This document shows positions 12,424 through 24,716 of a stretch of DNA of 64,000 bases, piece after piece. Source of the DNA: Scyliorhinus canicula (taxonomy: Eukaryota); NCBI RefSeq assembly GCF_902713615.1, contig NC_052163.1, positions 23,012,248 through 23,076,247 on the forward strand, written 5' to 3'. The notes under the pieces are model-generated. The model worked only from the letters and a program-made list of their open reading frames with translations, searched no databases and was not told where the DNA came from. A program made the position numbers and the translations under genes. Positions within the stretch are counted from its first letter, which is position 1, and each line of letters opens with the position of its first letter.

Positions 12424-13369
12424 CAGTAGTCCCCCGTTATACCGCGCTCCGCAATACCGCGGTTCGCGATATACCGTGGGGGGGATTATGGACCCCAACT
12501 GTCAGTTGTGTCAATTTCAGCGGCCGGCTCACTTTGATCCGGAGAGGGAAGCTGCTCTCTCACTGAAACAATCAGCCGGCCGCTGAAATTGACACTGCCG
12601 GCTGCTCTCTCCCTCCAATCCAACTTTTAAGTTTTAATGTTTCTGATTGGAGGGAGAGAGCAGCCGGCAGTGTTAATTTCAGCGGCCAGCTCACTTTGAT
12701 CCGGAGAGGGAAGCTGAACCCCAGGAGCCACAGCCTGTACCTCAGCAGCCACAGCCTGAACCCCAGCAGCCACAGTACCCCAGCAGCCACAGCCTGAAGC
12801 CCAGCAGCCACAGCCTGAACCCCAGCAGCCACAGCCTGTACCTCAGCAGCCACAGCCTGTACCTCAGCAGCCACAGCCTGAACCCCAGCAGCCACAGCCT
12901 GTACCCCAGGAGCCACAGCCTGTACCCCAGCAGCCACAGCCTGAACCCCAGCTACAGAGGGGAGGGGCGATGTGAGACCATGCTGGTCTTGCAGAGGCCC
13001 GTATGACCTCCTCCTGTGTTCTCTGCTCTCTCCCTCCAATCAGCCGGCAGTGTCAATTTCAGCGGCCGGCTCACTTTGATCCGGAGAGGGAAGCTGCTCT
13101 CTCACTGAAACAATCAGCCGGCCGCTGAAATTGACACTGTTTTAATTAGATCCACGATGGGGGTTTTAAATTTATTTTAAAATCTATGCTAGCGCTTCCC
13201 ATTGTGAGTCTACGGGGGTCTGACCTCGCCCCCCGTAGACTCTCAATGGGAAGCGCTAGCATAGATTTTTAAATAAATTTAAAACCCCCATCGTGGATAT
13301 CCGCGGCTCGGATGCAACGCGGGTGGCTGTCTTGGACCCCAACACCCGCGTTATAAAGGGGGACTACTG
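12424..13369. mobile_element. Tc1/mariner (pogo/Tigger-like) non-autonomous element, 946 bp
   Basis: 23-bp TIRs cagtagtcccccgttataccgcg / cgcgttataaagggggactactg (2 mismatches) and TA TSD at 12422-12423 and 13370-13371. Removing it restores the CR1 ORF1 motif. Confidence 0.93.
12719..12952. repeat. 21-bp minisatellite (~11 units, c[c/t]cagcagccacagcctg[t/a]ac) inside the MITE
   Basis: Directly visible tandem array; produces the spurious AVAAGVQ ORF. Confidence 0.95.
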
Positions 13370-15994
13370 TACCAACAACATAGGTAAACAGCGACGAGGT
13401 GCGAAAAGCAGAATATAGGGAATTGGGAAAAAATTTGAGAAGTCGGACCTCAAAGATAGCGATCTCAGGATTACTACAAGTGCCATGTGCTAGTCAGAGT
13501 AGAAATAGCAGGATATGTCGGATGAATATGTGGCTGAAGAGATGGTTTTCAGATTCCTGGGGCATTGGGACCGGTTCTGGGGGAAGTGGGACATGTAGAA
13601 ACTGGACGGGTTACACACTGGCAGGACCAGGACTGACTGATGTTTGGGGGGGGGGGGGGGGGGGGGGGGGGCTTGCTAGACCGGTTGGGGAGGGTTTAAA
13701 ATAATACAATAGGGATGGGGAACCTACGTAAAGATTCAGAGCAGGGGGAATCAAGAACAAGAGAAAAATACAGCAAGGAGAATAAGAAAAGTGATAGGCA
13801 GAGAAATCAAGGACCTGTAACGACACTGTATAAAAATAGTAGGGACATGACAAGGAACGTCGAAAGGACTAGCCTTAAGGTTTTGTACCTGAATGTGTGG
13901 AGCATTCAAACTAAAATGGCTGAATTAGTTGTGCAGATAAATGTAAAGCGGTATGATGGATGACAGAGACATGGCTCCAAGGTGACCAAGGATGGGAACT
14001 AAACATTGAGGGCTATTAGCTTTTAGGGAGGACAGACAGAAAGGAAAAAATGGTGTAGTTGCATTGTTGATTAAAGAAGATATTGATACAATATGGAGGA
14101 AATATGTGGAATCATCTGTATGGGTCGAATTAAGAAACACTAAGGGGCAAAAAAAAACATTCGTAGATATGGTGCACAGACCACCAAACTACAGTGGCAA
14201 TGTTGGGAATAATATTAGACAGGAAATCAGAGATATATGTGATAAAGGATCATTTGTGATTATTTTATTTTTGAATGTATTCATTTGTGGGATGTGGGTG
14301 GCGCTGGTTAGCCCAGCATTTATTGCTCTTCCCTAAGGGTGACTTTAATCGGCATATAGATTGGGTGAGTCAAATTAATCATGATACAATAGCGAAAACA
14401 TTTCTGGAGTGTATATGGGATGGTTTTCTGGACCAATATTTTGAGGAACTAACAAGGGAACAGGCCATCTTGGACTGGGTGTTGTGCAATGAGAAAGAAT
14501 TAGTTATCAATCTAGTTGTGAGTGAATCCTTGGTGATGAGTGACCATAAAATGATAGAATTCTTTATCATGGTGGACAGTGAGGTAGTCGATTCTGAGAC
14601 CAGGGTCTTGAACATCAATAACGGTAACGATGATGGTATGAAGCATGAGCTGGCTATGATGGACTGGGGAACATTACTGAAAGGAAGGGCAGCGGACAGG
14701 CAATGGCAGGCATTCAAGGAATGAAGAGATGAACTCCAAAAATTCTTTTTTCCTGTTTGGCGCAAGAGTAGAAAGGGAACTGTGACCAAACCATGGCTTA
14801 AATGGGAAATTAGAGATAGTATTAGATTCAAAGAAGAAGGATACAAGTTAGCAAGAAAAAGCAATAGACCTGAGGATTGGGAACAATTTAAAATTCAGCA
14901 AAGGGATTGATTAAGAAGGGGAAAATACAATATGAAAGTAAGTTAGCGGGGAACACAAAAACTGACTGTAAAAGTTGCTACAGGTATGTAAAGAGAAAAA
15001 GATTGATAAAAAATAATGTAGGCCTCTTACAGTCTGAAGCGAGGGAATTCACAACGGGTAACAAAGAAATGGCTGAGGAACTAAATTAGTACTTTGCTTC
15101 TGTCTTCATAGAGGAAGACATGAATAATATAATGGAGATTCTAAGAAACACAAGTTTCAGTGAGTATCTGAAGGAAATTAGTGTTAGTAGCAAAATGGTT
15201 TGGGGAAATTAATAGGAACGAAGACGGATACATCTCCAGGGCCAGATAATGTTCATTCCAGAGTACTTGAGGAAGAGGCCTGAGAAATAGTAGATCCATT
15301 GGTGGCCATTTTCCAAAATTCCATGGACTCTGGAATGGTTCCTACAGATTGGAGGATAGCTAATATAACCCTGCTGTTCAAAAAGGGAGACAGAAAGAAA
15401 ACAGGGAACTACAGACCAATGAGCCTAACATTGGTAGTAGGGAAGTTGCTAGAGTCCATTACCAAGGATGTTATAGCACAGCATTTTGAAAGCAGTGGTG
15501 TAATCAAATAAATTCAGCATGGATTTATGAAAGGGAATCATGCTTGACAAATCTACTAGAATTCTTTGAAGGTGTAACTAGCAGAGTTCACCAGGGTGAA
15601 CCGGTGGATGTGGTTTATTTAGACTTTCAGATGGCTTTCAGCAAGGTCTCACATAGCAGATTGCTATGAAAGTTAAAGTGCATGGGATTGCAGGTAGTGT
15701 CTTGAGATGGATAGAAAGCTGGTTAGCAGACAGGAAGCAAAAAATTGGAATAAATGGGTCTTTTTCCACTTGGTAGGCAGTGACTAGTGGGGCTCTGTGC
15801 TAGGGCCCCTACTGTTCACATTATATATTAATGATTTGGACGAGGGAACTACATGTATTATCTCCAAATTTACAGATGACTCAAAGTTGGGTAGGAGGGT
15901 GAGCTGTGAGAAGGATGCAGAGATGCTTCAGTGGGATTGGACAGACTGAGTGAGTGGGCATATGCATAACAGATGCAGTACAATGTGGATAAAT

Positions 15995-16205
15995 GGGGCA
16001 GCATGGTGGCGCAGTAATTAGCACTGCTGCCTCATTGCGCTGAAGACCCAGATCGATCCCAGCCCCGGGTCACTGTCCTTGTGGAATTTGCACTACCTCC
16101 CTGTGTCTGCAAGACAAAAAGATGGGCAGGGTAGGTAGATTGGCCACGCTAAATTGCCCCTTATTTGGAAAAAAATAATTGGATGCTCTAAATGTATTTT
16201 TAAAA
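15995..16205 (+). mobile_element. V-SINE tail type D (A-rich), nested in CR1
   Basis: Head gggcagcatggtggcgcag and tail aaattgccccttatttggaaaaaaataattggatgctctaaat. Confidence 0.8.
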
Positions 16206-16621
16206 ATAATGTGGACTTTGGTAGCAAAAATAGGAAGGCAGATTATTATTTGAATGGTTGTAAATTGAGTGGTGGATACTCAGCGAGACCTTGGTGTCCT
16301 TGTGCATCAGTCGCTGAAAGTAAGCACGCAGGTTCAGCAGGCAGTAAAGAAGGCAAACAAATGGTATGTTGGCCTTCATAGCGAGAGGATTTAAGTACAG
16401 AAATAGGGATGTTTTACTTCAATTATCTCGGGCAATGGTAAAGCCACACCTGGAGTATTGTGTGCAGTTTTGGTGTACTTTTCTCAGGAAGGATGTGGGG
16501 GGAGAAGGCAGGATCAGGGTGTTGAACTTGAAGATCAGCTATGATCATAATGAATGGTGGAGCAGGCTTGAAGGGCCGAATGGCCTACTCCAGCTTCTAT
16601 TTTCTACATATGTTTCTGTGT

Positions 16622-17235
16622 AAAGCCCATCTGCTGCTGAACCCTTCATTCATGAAAATGAAAACCGCTTATTGTCACAAGTAGACTTCAAATGAAGTTA
16701 CTGTGAAAAGCCCCTAGTCGCCACATTCCGGCGCCTGTTTGGGGAGGCTGGTATGGGAATAGCATGTATTTGCTATTTCCAGACTTGATTGTACCAAAGC
16801 TCTCATGGCCATTGTCTGTAAACCTCAGCTCATCCAAAGCTCTCTGCCCATATTCTGATTCACATCAAGTCCCATCCATACATCACATGTGTTTCTGACC
16901 AACATCCTCCCGGTCCAATATTACCTCAAAGGTAAAACATTCATCCCGGTGTTCAAATCCTTTCATAGCTTTGCCCCACCATAGCTCATGTATCTCAACC
17001 ATCCCTACAAATCTCCACAAACTCTGTTCCTCTAATTCTGTTCTCTTGTCCATCCCCAATTTCCTTCACTCCCCTATTGGCGGTTGTGCATTGTGTGAAA
17101 TCCCTCCAGAAACTGCCCTTCCTTTCCTCCTACCCTTTGTCATCTGCCCTTAAGTGGCTTGGTGTCAAATTCTGGCTGATAATTCTCATGCACTATAATA
17201 TTTTATGGTAAAGGCACTATTTAAATGCAAGTTTT
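16622..17235 (+). mobile_element. L2-like LINE 3' fragment with a small nested SINE tail (16652-16760, -)
   Basis: Degenerate AEPFIH..SRLD..N.L and HIT..L..L.WLP..I.FK-like segments typical of the L2 C-terminus. Confidence 0.6.
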
Positions 17236-17456
17236 GTCTTTTCAAAATTTGGAGTACTGCCTGGGTCAATTTCAAAGCTAAGATTGGTGGATTTTTGTAC
17301 GGTAGGGGTACTTAGTCCCATTTCTCGAAGATGGGAAAATAATGTTAAGATGCATATCAGCCATGATATTACTGATTGGCTCTCCGTTTCTATGATCAGG
17401 TGCACACAGAGAATAAGAAATGTAATCCAGTAATGCAATGTTTTGCTCTCTTTTAG

Positions 17457-18269
17457 CTTTTACATTACTGAAGAATCATCTTGGATGGAAAAATTGTCTC
17501 CTAGTCATAGGTGCACTGCAGCTAAACATTGTTGTGTGTGGCGCATTACTTCGGCCACTTATCATCAGAAAAACGGAGAAAAAAACAGTGGAACCAGTGA
17601 GTGTGCCAATGGAAACCAAGTATATGCTGGAGAATGAGGAAACATGCATCTCTGTAGAGTCTGTGGACTCAGGAGTGGAATCTTTATCTACCTCACGTGA
17701 TCACTTAAATAATAAAAAGTGTACAACAAATAATGTTCACAAAGAAAAGTTTCAAATGCTTCTAGATAAGAAGCCAGAACCACAGGATCAACCAAAGTTG
17801 CTTGACTTTTCAATTCTAAAGGACAAAAGCTTCATTTTTTATTCACTTTTTGGACTATTTGCCACTTTCGGTTTCTTCGCACCTCACCTTTATGTGATTC
17901 CTCTCAGCATTAGCCTTGGTGTTGACGAGTGGGCAGCATACATGCTATCTGCTATGGCAATTATGGAGGTGTTTGGTAGGTTGGCAAGTGGCTGTGTCCT
18001 AAACAAGCAGCCTATACGGAAGATTTACATTGAACTGATCTGTACAAGCCTACTGAGTATAGTGTTGTTGTGCTTTCCATTCACAAGAGGATTCTGGAGC
18101 CTTGTTACATGCAGCATGCTGTATGGATTCATGTTTGGCACTGTGGCCAGTATTCATATTCCAATGTTGGCAGAAGATGATGTTGTTGGAATTGAGAAGA
18201 TGTCATCTGCTGTCGGAATTTACATCTTTATACAGAGCTTTTCAGGACTTGCTGGGCCGCCTATTGGAG
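17457..18269 (+). CDS. SLC16A6: MCT7 large internal coding exon (813 bp, phase 1-1; GW..L...G.LQLNI...GALLRP, central loop, C-terminal TM helices)
   Basis: Acceptor ctcttttag|CT and donor GGAG|gtattt. Lies within ORF 17438..18394, with motifs LQLNIVVCGALLRP, KLLDFSILKDKSF, GLFATFGFFAP, HIPMLAEDDVVGIEKMSSAVG and GLAGPPIG. Phases join both neighbouring exons. Confidence 0.96.
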
Positions 18270-19774
18270 GTATTTTTGTTTTTGATTTCATTATCATGGA
18301 GTCAAGTTTCAAATTTACGTACGTATTTGCATTTCATTTCAGTGAAAGTGAAATGAGGTTGCACTTAAATGCAGTTAATTTGATCCAAGAATAACCATCT
18401 GGCTTTACAGTAGCTAATTCTCCATCATATGATACTTTTGCAAAAAAAAAAAGGTGTGCATTTAGCCTTAAACAATGCTCCAAAAGAGCAAAATGGTTAA
18501 AAATTCAGAATATACGCTGTTCAAAAATGCTAACGTATTCTGCAAGAAAATCAACAAAATTTGTAAGCCCACATTGGACAAGTAGGTAAGTTTACAGTAC
18601 CAGTGTCATCAAATTAATGTTGTACATTTGGTTTTGAAAAGTTTTAACTATCATTAGGAGATAATAATTTTTTTTATTTTAGCTTCTACTATTTTACTTA
18701 GGATTTTCACAGTGCTGGTGACCTTTTTTTCATCTCCTCATGTCAGTCACCCACTCTTCCAATCCTGCTGCTTTTAAGTCTCTCTTGCCAGCATATCTTT
18801 CCATCTGATAGACCTTCCCCTTCTTCCTGCAAATCTCCAACTTGCCTCAACACATATCCTTTCCGCAACAGATGACCATGCCATTTCAATTTCTTCTCGG
18901 CGACATTCTTCAAATATTCCCATTATCTTCACTGATCCCCGATGTACTAATTCCTGTTATTGCCCTTTCTTGTCACTCCAAATATCCACCTCAGCAATCC
19001 TCATCTAATTAGCATCAAGTTGTCTCTTCTCTTGATGTTGTCCAAGTTTTTACATTATACAGCCAGGCTGATCTCAAAACTGTCCTGTCGATTCTTCCTT
19101 TCAGTCTCAAAGATACTTTCTCACATTACACTATGCTGCTCTATTTACAATTACTCCAACGAGAGCTAATCTTCTAATACTTCAATCTTCTACCACCACT
19201 AACCCCCAGGTACTTAAAACTACTCACTTTCTCCAGATCTTCCCCCATACACTAATATTCTTCCTTAGTCTCAAACTGACAGATCATATATTGGGTCTGC
19301 ACTGACCTTCACACACCTGTCTTCCAGTACTGTTCTTCAGATACTCAGACATGATCTCATCATTCCCACTACATCTGCAAACATCATTGACCACGGCGCT
19401 TCCTGTCTCACTTGCTTAGTTAGAATATCACTGACAATCATCTGCATGATGGGAATTATGTAAAACTATCCGACTTGCAAATTCTTAGGCCTTTTACAAT
19501 ACACGTTCTGCAAACTGTATAGTGTGGCTCAGTTATTAAGCTTCCAGAATTAAATTTATGTAACCTGTGTGAAACCATTATTTCAGTTGCAAATAATTGC
19601 AATTGGTGCAAATAAAAGTCCATGTTGATCCAGTAGGAATTTTTCAGTACTTAAATCTTAAAGCTTTACAATGTTAACCAAGCTAACTACCCCACTGGTT
19701 CCTTGGGAAGAAAGCTCAACAGCATGAAAAAGTGTAATTTAGTAACAATTGGAGCCTTAAATTCCAGCATGTGT

Positions 19775-20000
19775 GGGCGGCACAGTATCCCAGTGGTTTG
19801 CACTGCTGCCTCATGGCACCAAGGATTTGGGTTCGATCCTGGCCCTGGGTCACTGTCCGTGTGGCATTTGCACATTCTTCCTGTGTCTGTGTGGGTCTCA
19901 CCCCCACAACCCAAAGATGTGCAGTGTAGGTGGATTGGCCACGCTAAATTGCCCCTAAATTGAGAAAAAAAAAAATTGGGTACTCTGAATTTATATTTTT
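19775..20000 (+). mobile_element. V-SINE tail type D with 17-bp TSD
   Basis: taaattccagcatgtgt (19758-19774) and taaattccagcttgtgt (20001-20017) flank the element. Confidence 0.92.
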
Positions 20001-20698
20001 TAAATTCCAGCTTGTGTCCCAGTAGGCAAGGGTTGCAACGCAAAGGTTTCCTAAGTCAGACATTTTTTTGGGAGTGGTTATGCTTGTAATGAAATTGACC
20101 ACAAACATTTTAGCAAATGGATAAATGCTAATAACTTGAAAAATGTGCTTCTATTTCCAATGCACTAATTTCCCAGTAAATCTATGAACGTTTACACTTA
20201 CCACTGTAGCACTGATACGCACACTAATGTTTATTTGCATAATATACTTCACTTTATAACTTCACCCCTGTACCATCTATAGAAACCGAATTCAAATAAC
20301 ATTACTAGTAGTTCCTTGCATATAGTGCCTTCCAGACCCCCAGTGTATGAAACATTTCAACTGCTTGCATGACAATTTAATGAGTATGCTGAAATCTGTA
20401 AATAGTCCATCTTTATCTGATGCCTAAATTGATCTAATTTTATCAAAACTGCACCAGAATAGATCTTTGTGGCAGAAAGTCCTGCACTTCAAGCCAGAGT
20501 TACAGTTTAATGCACTTGAGGAAGCTTTGCATGATTCAAAGGGTCTTTCCAAAACCAAAGGAGTTTAAATATCAAGCTTCTGACTTTAACTGCTGGTGTG
20601 ACATGATGTTTCGGCTACCACTTTTTCCTCCAGACTACTGAAAAAGTATTATGGATGTAAAAAGATGAGAATTAGATTGACTTTTTTTTTGTTTTCAG

Positions 20699-21114
20699 GT
20701 TGGCTCGTGGATATTACAGGTCAGAATTATGGATCTGCCTTCTTCTTTTGTGGTATTGGCATGTGTTTGGGTTCATTTTTTCTGGCATTGGTCCAACCAT
20801 CTAAAAAAGGGTTCTGTCAGAGAAAACAACCTCTGGAGATTGATCGGCAACAGGCATTACAGGAGGATCTCAAAATTGTTCAGGATGTGCCTGGTCAGAG
20901 AAAACAACCCCTGGAGATTGATCGGCAACAGGCATTACAGGAGGATCTCAAAATTGTTCAGGATGTGCCTGGTCAGAGAAAACAACCTCTGGAGATTGAT
21001 CGGCAACAGGCATTACAAGAGGACCTAAAAATTGTTCAGGATGTGCCTGAAGACTTCGTAGAAACAGACTTGAAACCAGAAAGTTTACAGAATCAGTTTC
21101 AAAGTAACGCTTGA
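20699..21114 (+). CDS. SLC16A6: MCT7 terminal coding exon (last TM helix plus cytoplasmic tail with 3x26-aa repeat), stop TGA at 21112-21114
   Basis: Acceptor ttttttttgttttcag|GT. Translates (G)WLVDITGQNYGSAFFFCGIGMCLGSFFLALVQPSKKGFC...QDVPEDFVETDL..., corresponding to the GLLVD...QDIPEDFLEMDL tail recalled for vertebrate MCT7. Confidence 0.94.
20816..21049 (+). repeat. Coding tandem repeat, 3 x 78 bp (QRKQPLEIDRQQALQEDLKIVQDVP[G/E])
   Basis: In-frame units begin at codons 20818, 20896 and 20974, with only four variable internal sites among the copies. Confidence 0.98.
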
Positions 21115-21435
21115 AGAAACAGTCATACACAACCAGAATAGTGTGCATTTTCACTTTTTAAAAGTATCCTTTATTTATCCTGTCAACTTCCTCAACTTAG
21201 CCATTTTAACCTCAAACTTTCTCTGTTCTCGATGACAAAACTGGCTACCTGCTTTGTAAAGAAATACTGCAAGGAGCAAATTTTTCATATTTACTATTTA
21301 ATGAAAAGGCTGTAGTTGTGCTGAATTTTTTTTAAAACAATATTTTCATTGAAAATGTTTCTTTTAACAATATAACCATATAAAAACAGATTTCATAGGT
21401 CACACTATAAAATAAACACAACCATTGGTATAGAT

Positions 21436-22312
21436 CAGCTCTTCTCAAACTTTTTTGCCCCGGACCCATTTTTACCAACCAGCTATCCTTCGAGACCGAC
21501 GCGACCGACCTTTGTGATCCACCATTTTCACTTACCTTTAATGTGATAAGTGAGCCTGCTTGGTCCTCACGATCTAACTTGCTCTGTTGTTCAATGTTAC
21601 ATTTCTGATAATGACTTCAGCTGATGATTTAAGATCTCACTGCATCCATTGGAAACAATAAAGAGGTTTTGTCCTCAAACTCGCCATGCTAAGTCCTAAA
21701 ATGTCTTTGAAAGTTTGAGGGTTTTAAACTTTCATTTGCCAGTGCTTTCCTGCATATAACACACATTAACTTTAAATCCGGATTTACAATGGCACAATTA
21801 ATAATCCATACCTCAAGTAATCGTCTTTATGCCACTTTGTTCCTGTTTACAGCTTCTTCATCATAGGTTGTACAACAGAGGCACTCAGGAGCTTACACCA
21901 GCACTGTTGGCAGCAGCAAAATGGAGGAATCCTCTCGCGCTAGAGCGCGTGACATCAGTGTTCAGGGCACGTGACCTGCTCTCTTCCACCACTCCAGGCA
22001 GTAAGACTCCAGTGTTTTAAAAAACAAAACAAATCTGCTCCTAGGTCAGCACGCTCTCGTCAGGAAGAGGCGCTCTGCTCTGCTGGGCTCCGGGCCTGCA
22101 CACTGCTAAGGGAGCATGCATACGCGAACAGCTGGGATTCTGAAAGCAGGTCATGGCCGGCATTTTTAAAAGCCCGTCACGCCACTGAGCACTTCTTCCT
22201 ATGATTGGGAATGTCGACGCATGGCCCCACGATCAGGAACGCCACGACGCATGGCCCTGTGACCCTCCCGACACTCGCCTGCGGGTCGTAGCCTCGGGTT
22301 TGAAAATGACTG
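21436..22312 (-). mobile_element. hAT (Charlie/Buster-type) internally deleted DNA transposon
   Basis: Termini cagctcttctcaaac / ggtttgaaaatgactg and 8-bp TSD gtatagat / gtagagat. The minus strand encodes a BED-finger remnant CVICRKALANESLKPSNFQRHF (~21700-21765). Confidence 0.88.
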
Positions 22313-22320
22313 GTAGAGAT

Positions 22321-22600
22321 CACATACAAAAACCCACCCTCCCGACGGTAAACTGAACCACCCCACCTAACAACTGACGGGAACTCTTTAAAAAAGGACA
22401 TGAATGGCTGCAATCTCGGGTAGAACCACTCAACTGACCTCCTCCCTCCTGAAAATAAACCACATCCTAGTCTTGGTCAGATGTGCCCCATGCACCACCT
22501 TAAAGTGGATCAGGCTCAGCTGCACACAGGAGGACATGGAATTTACCCCGCAAAGGGCCTCACTCCACACCTCCTCGCCCAAAATAGGTATAGCTCCTCT
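22321..22600 (-). mobile_element. L1-like 3' fragment (continues at ~21330-21427 left of the hAT insertion)
   Basis: ORF 22430..22627 gives VNSMSSCVQLSLIHFKVVHGAHL, the same motif as the other L1-like copies. Confidence 0.7.
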
Positions 22601-22889
22601 TAATTCTCCTCTTAAAACTACAAACATTAAATCCAGAACACAATGAAATGTCTAGAAAGTGTTCAAACTAGTTCAGATTGCTCCTATTGATTTTGATAAC
22701 ACGTTCTGGGTGCAAACTCATAGCAACAACTTTCATTTCACTTGTGTTTTTCCCTTTTTAGGTAAATTAGTGCATAATATGCCTTGATATTCTATCTTTA
22801 TCACCTTAAATAGGATGATCATCAAAAATATTTAACACAATGGCCTGCAAACCAAGCCACTGACTGAAATTTGTGTTCCAGAAGATGGT

Positions 22890-23660
22890 GGGTGCGATTT
22901 ACTGACTGCTTCCTGCCAGAATCAAGATGGGTCACGGCCAGTATATCTAATCAGTACTCGCGAGACGTCAGAATTTGGATTCAGCTGATAATGGGCCGGG
23001 CCCAGTCACGTATGGTTAAGTGAGCTTAAAAACCCACTTGGCCGTGGTGATGCTAGATCAAACAGCCACCTGGCATCTATCAGCCTCGCCAAGGAGACAC
23101 TAGCCGAATGCAGATTAGTGCTGGTCTCCACAAACTGGGACCAAGCAGAATGGCACTTGGGATGGGGGGGGGGGGGGGGGGGGGAATCTTCCAGGTAGTC
23201 GGAAGGCCCAGGTGGTTGGTTTCTGGCCAGACTGGCACTGCTGCTGCCACCCAGGCATCTTGGCACTGCCAGCCTGGCAATGCCACCCAGGCACTTCCAG
23301 TGTCCAGGTGGCACTGCAGGCTGGAAGGGGCACTGCCAGGGAGCAGGGAGCCAGGATGGCATTTTGCCCACACCTGGGATCAGGCCCAGTGGTGCCCTAC
23401 TGGGCATAGTATGGGGCGGGGCTCAAGAAACTCCCCCGAACAGTTGCTCTAGGGCGTGTGAAGGTCCAGGGTTCATGACGGGGTGTTGAGAGCGTGGAGG
23501 TGCAGGATATTTAGCCAAGTACGGCCTCGGCAGGGAGGGGTCCGGAAAATAAACCGGAGTGCTATTAGATAGTGGGATCATTCCCAGTGCAAAAGAGCCG
23601 GGAACAATCCCTCGATTTCTGCCCAGAATAGGCTCTTTTTTCTTTTACTTATATCGTGGC
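22890..23660. mobile_element. Degenerate Harbinger-type MITE
   Basis: gggtgcgattta start and atatcgtggcc end; GC-rich interior with ggcac/gtgcc reiterations. Confidence 0.5.
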
Positions 23661-24601
23661 CAGAGTCTCGAGTTGAAGGATACCGATTATTCCAACATCC
23701 CTGTATCTACTCCAATATGAAACACAATAAAATTACGCATTTTATTTCAGGGAGGGGAAGATAGTTAACTCAATTTAACAGAGGCAGTCATTTATGAAAA
23801 AAGCATTGCTAATTGTGGAAAAATAATCAGTGACTCAGAATCCTGGAGGATGTGTGGGGATGAACAACAGATGTTAGAGGATGTATACTTGTGTGTCATT
23901 GTGGAGTTGACATGTGGAAGTTTCATTTTATCATCCTAGATTTTACAAAACATATTCTAAGTGCCTGAGTTTTACGGAGATTTAAAATGACTACTCAAAA
24001 GTAAAATGCCAGATGTGGGCCTTTCAATCTTCAAATAGGTTCCCCTTGCACCCTACCAACACTTAGCTCACTTTTCCTAAAAAAAGCATTATATCAAAAC
24101 TTGAATACTACCATCATATCTAAAACACTTTTGCATCACTCCTCCCACACTCCTGGTTTGGATACAATGAAGTCCTTGACACTTGAAAAAGAGACAGTTC
24201 TCAAAACTTCTTCCTGACAATCCAAGTTTACAGTCTTTTTGATTATTAATACCAAATGCTCCTCTGAAATTTACAAAATGTATTTTAAGCTTTAAATATT
24301 GGACCCTACAAGCTCTATATCTTCCTTCTGTCCCCACTCAAAAATGTCATATCTCATTGCACAATTCAAACTCATTCTTTCTCAAAATTAAAAAGTGAAA
24401 TGCTGTAGCTTCCTTAGTTCTTTGCTCACTTAGTTTTCATGCTTTTAAAGTTTGGCATCACCTGATCCCTGCTTCCTTTCACTTTTTTCAACATTGTGGT
24501 GGTTGCTCTATTAGGTGCTGGTTTCTCCATTTAAAAAAGCTCACCTTTCATATCATTAGGATAAGCCAAGTAATAGGTTTGAAGAATGAGAATTACCCTA
24601 T

Positions 24602-24716
24602 GGGCTGGATTCATCCACCGCACTCACCGCAAGAACGCCACGGGCGTGACTCAGGCAATGGAAAAGTTCATTGACCTCGGGCTGGATTCTCCAGGTGCAG
24701 TCGGAGAATCCCGTCC
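24602..24716. mobile_element. Miniature Harbinger-type MITE (~115 bp)
   Basis: Termini gggctggattcatcc and ggagaatcccgtcc. Confidence 0.55.

Larger units (their letters stand above)
11977..16620 (+). mobile_element. Long degenerate CR1 LINE (ORF1 esterase, endonuclease, RT, 3' end)
   Basis: MVCCLPSARVK, VVVHIS|TNNIG (split by a MITE), ETWL, GDFN, LDWVLCNE..SDH, GNYRPMSLT, VYLDF and HLEYCVQFW motifs in order, with many stops. Confidence 0.92.

Noticed and set aside
12572-13039. 155-aa ORF with AVAAGVQ repeats; also CRISPR-like appearance of the array
   Set aside because: It is the translation of a 21-bp minisatellite inside a MITE. There are no unique spacers or cas genes, and the context is eukaryotic.
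17438-18394. 318-aa ORF as an intronless gene
   Set aside because: It is one exon plus intronic read-through; homology starts and stops at the AG/GT sites 17457 and 18269.
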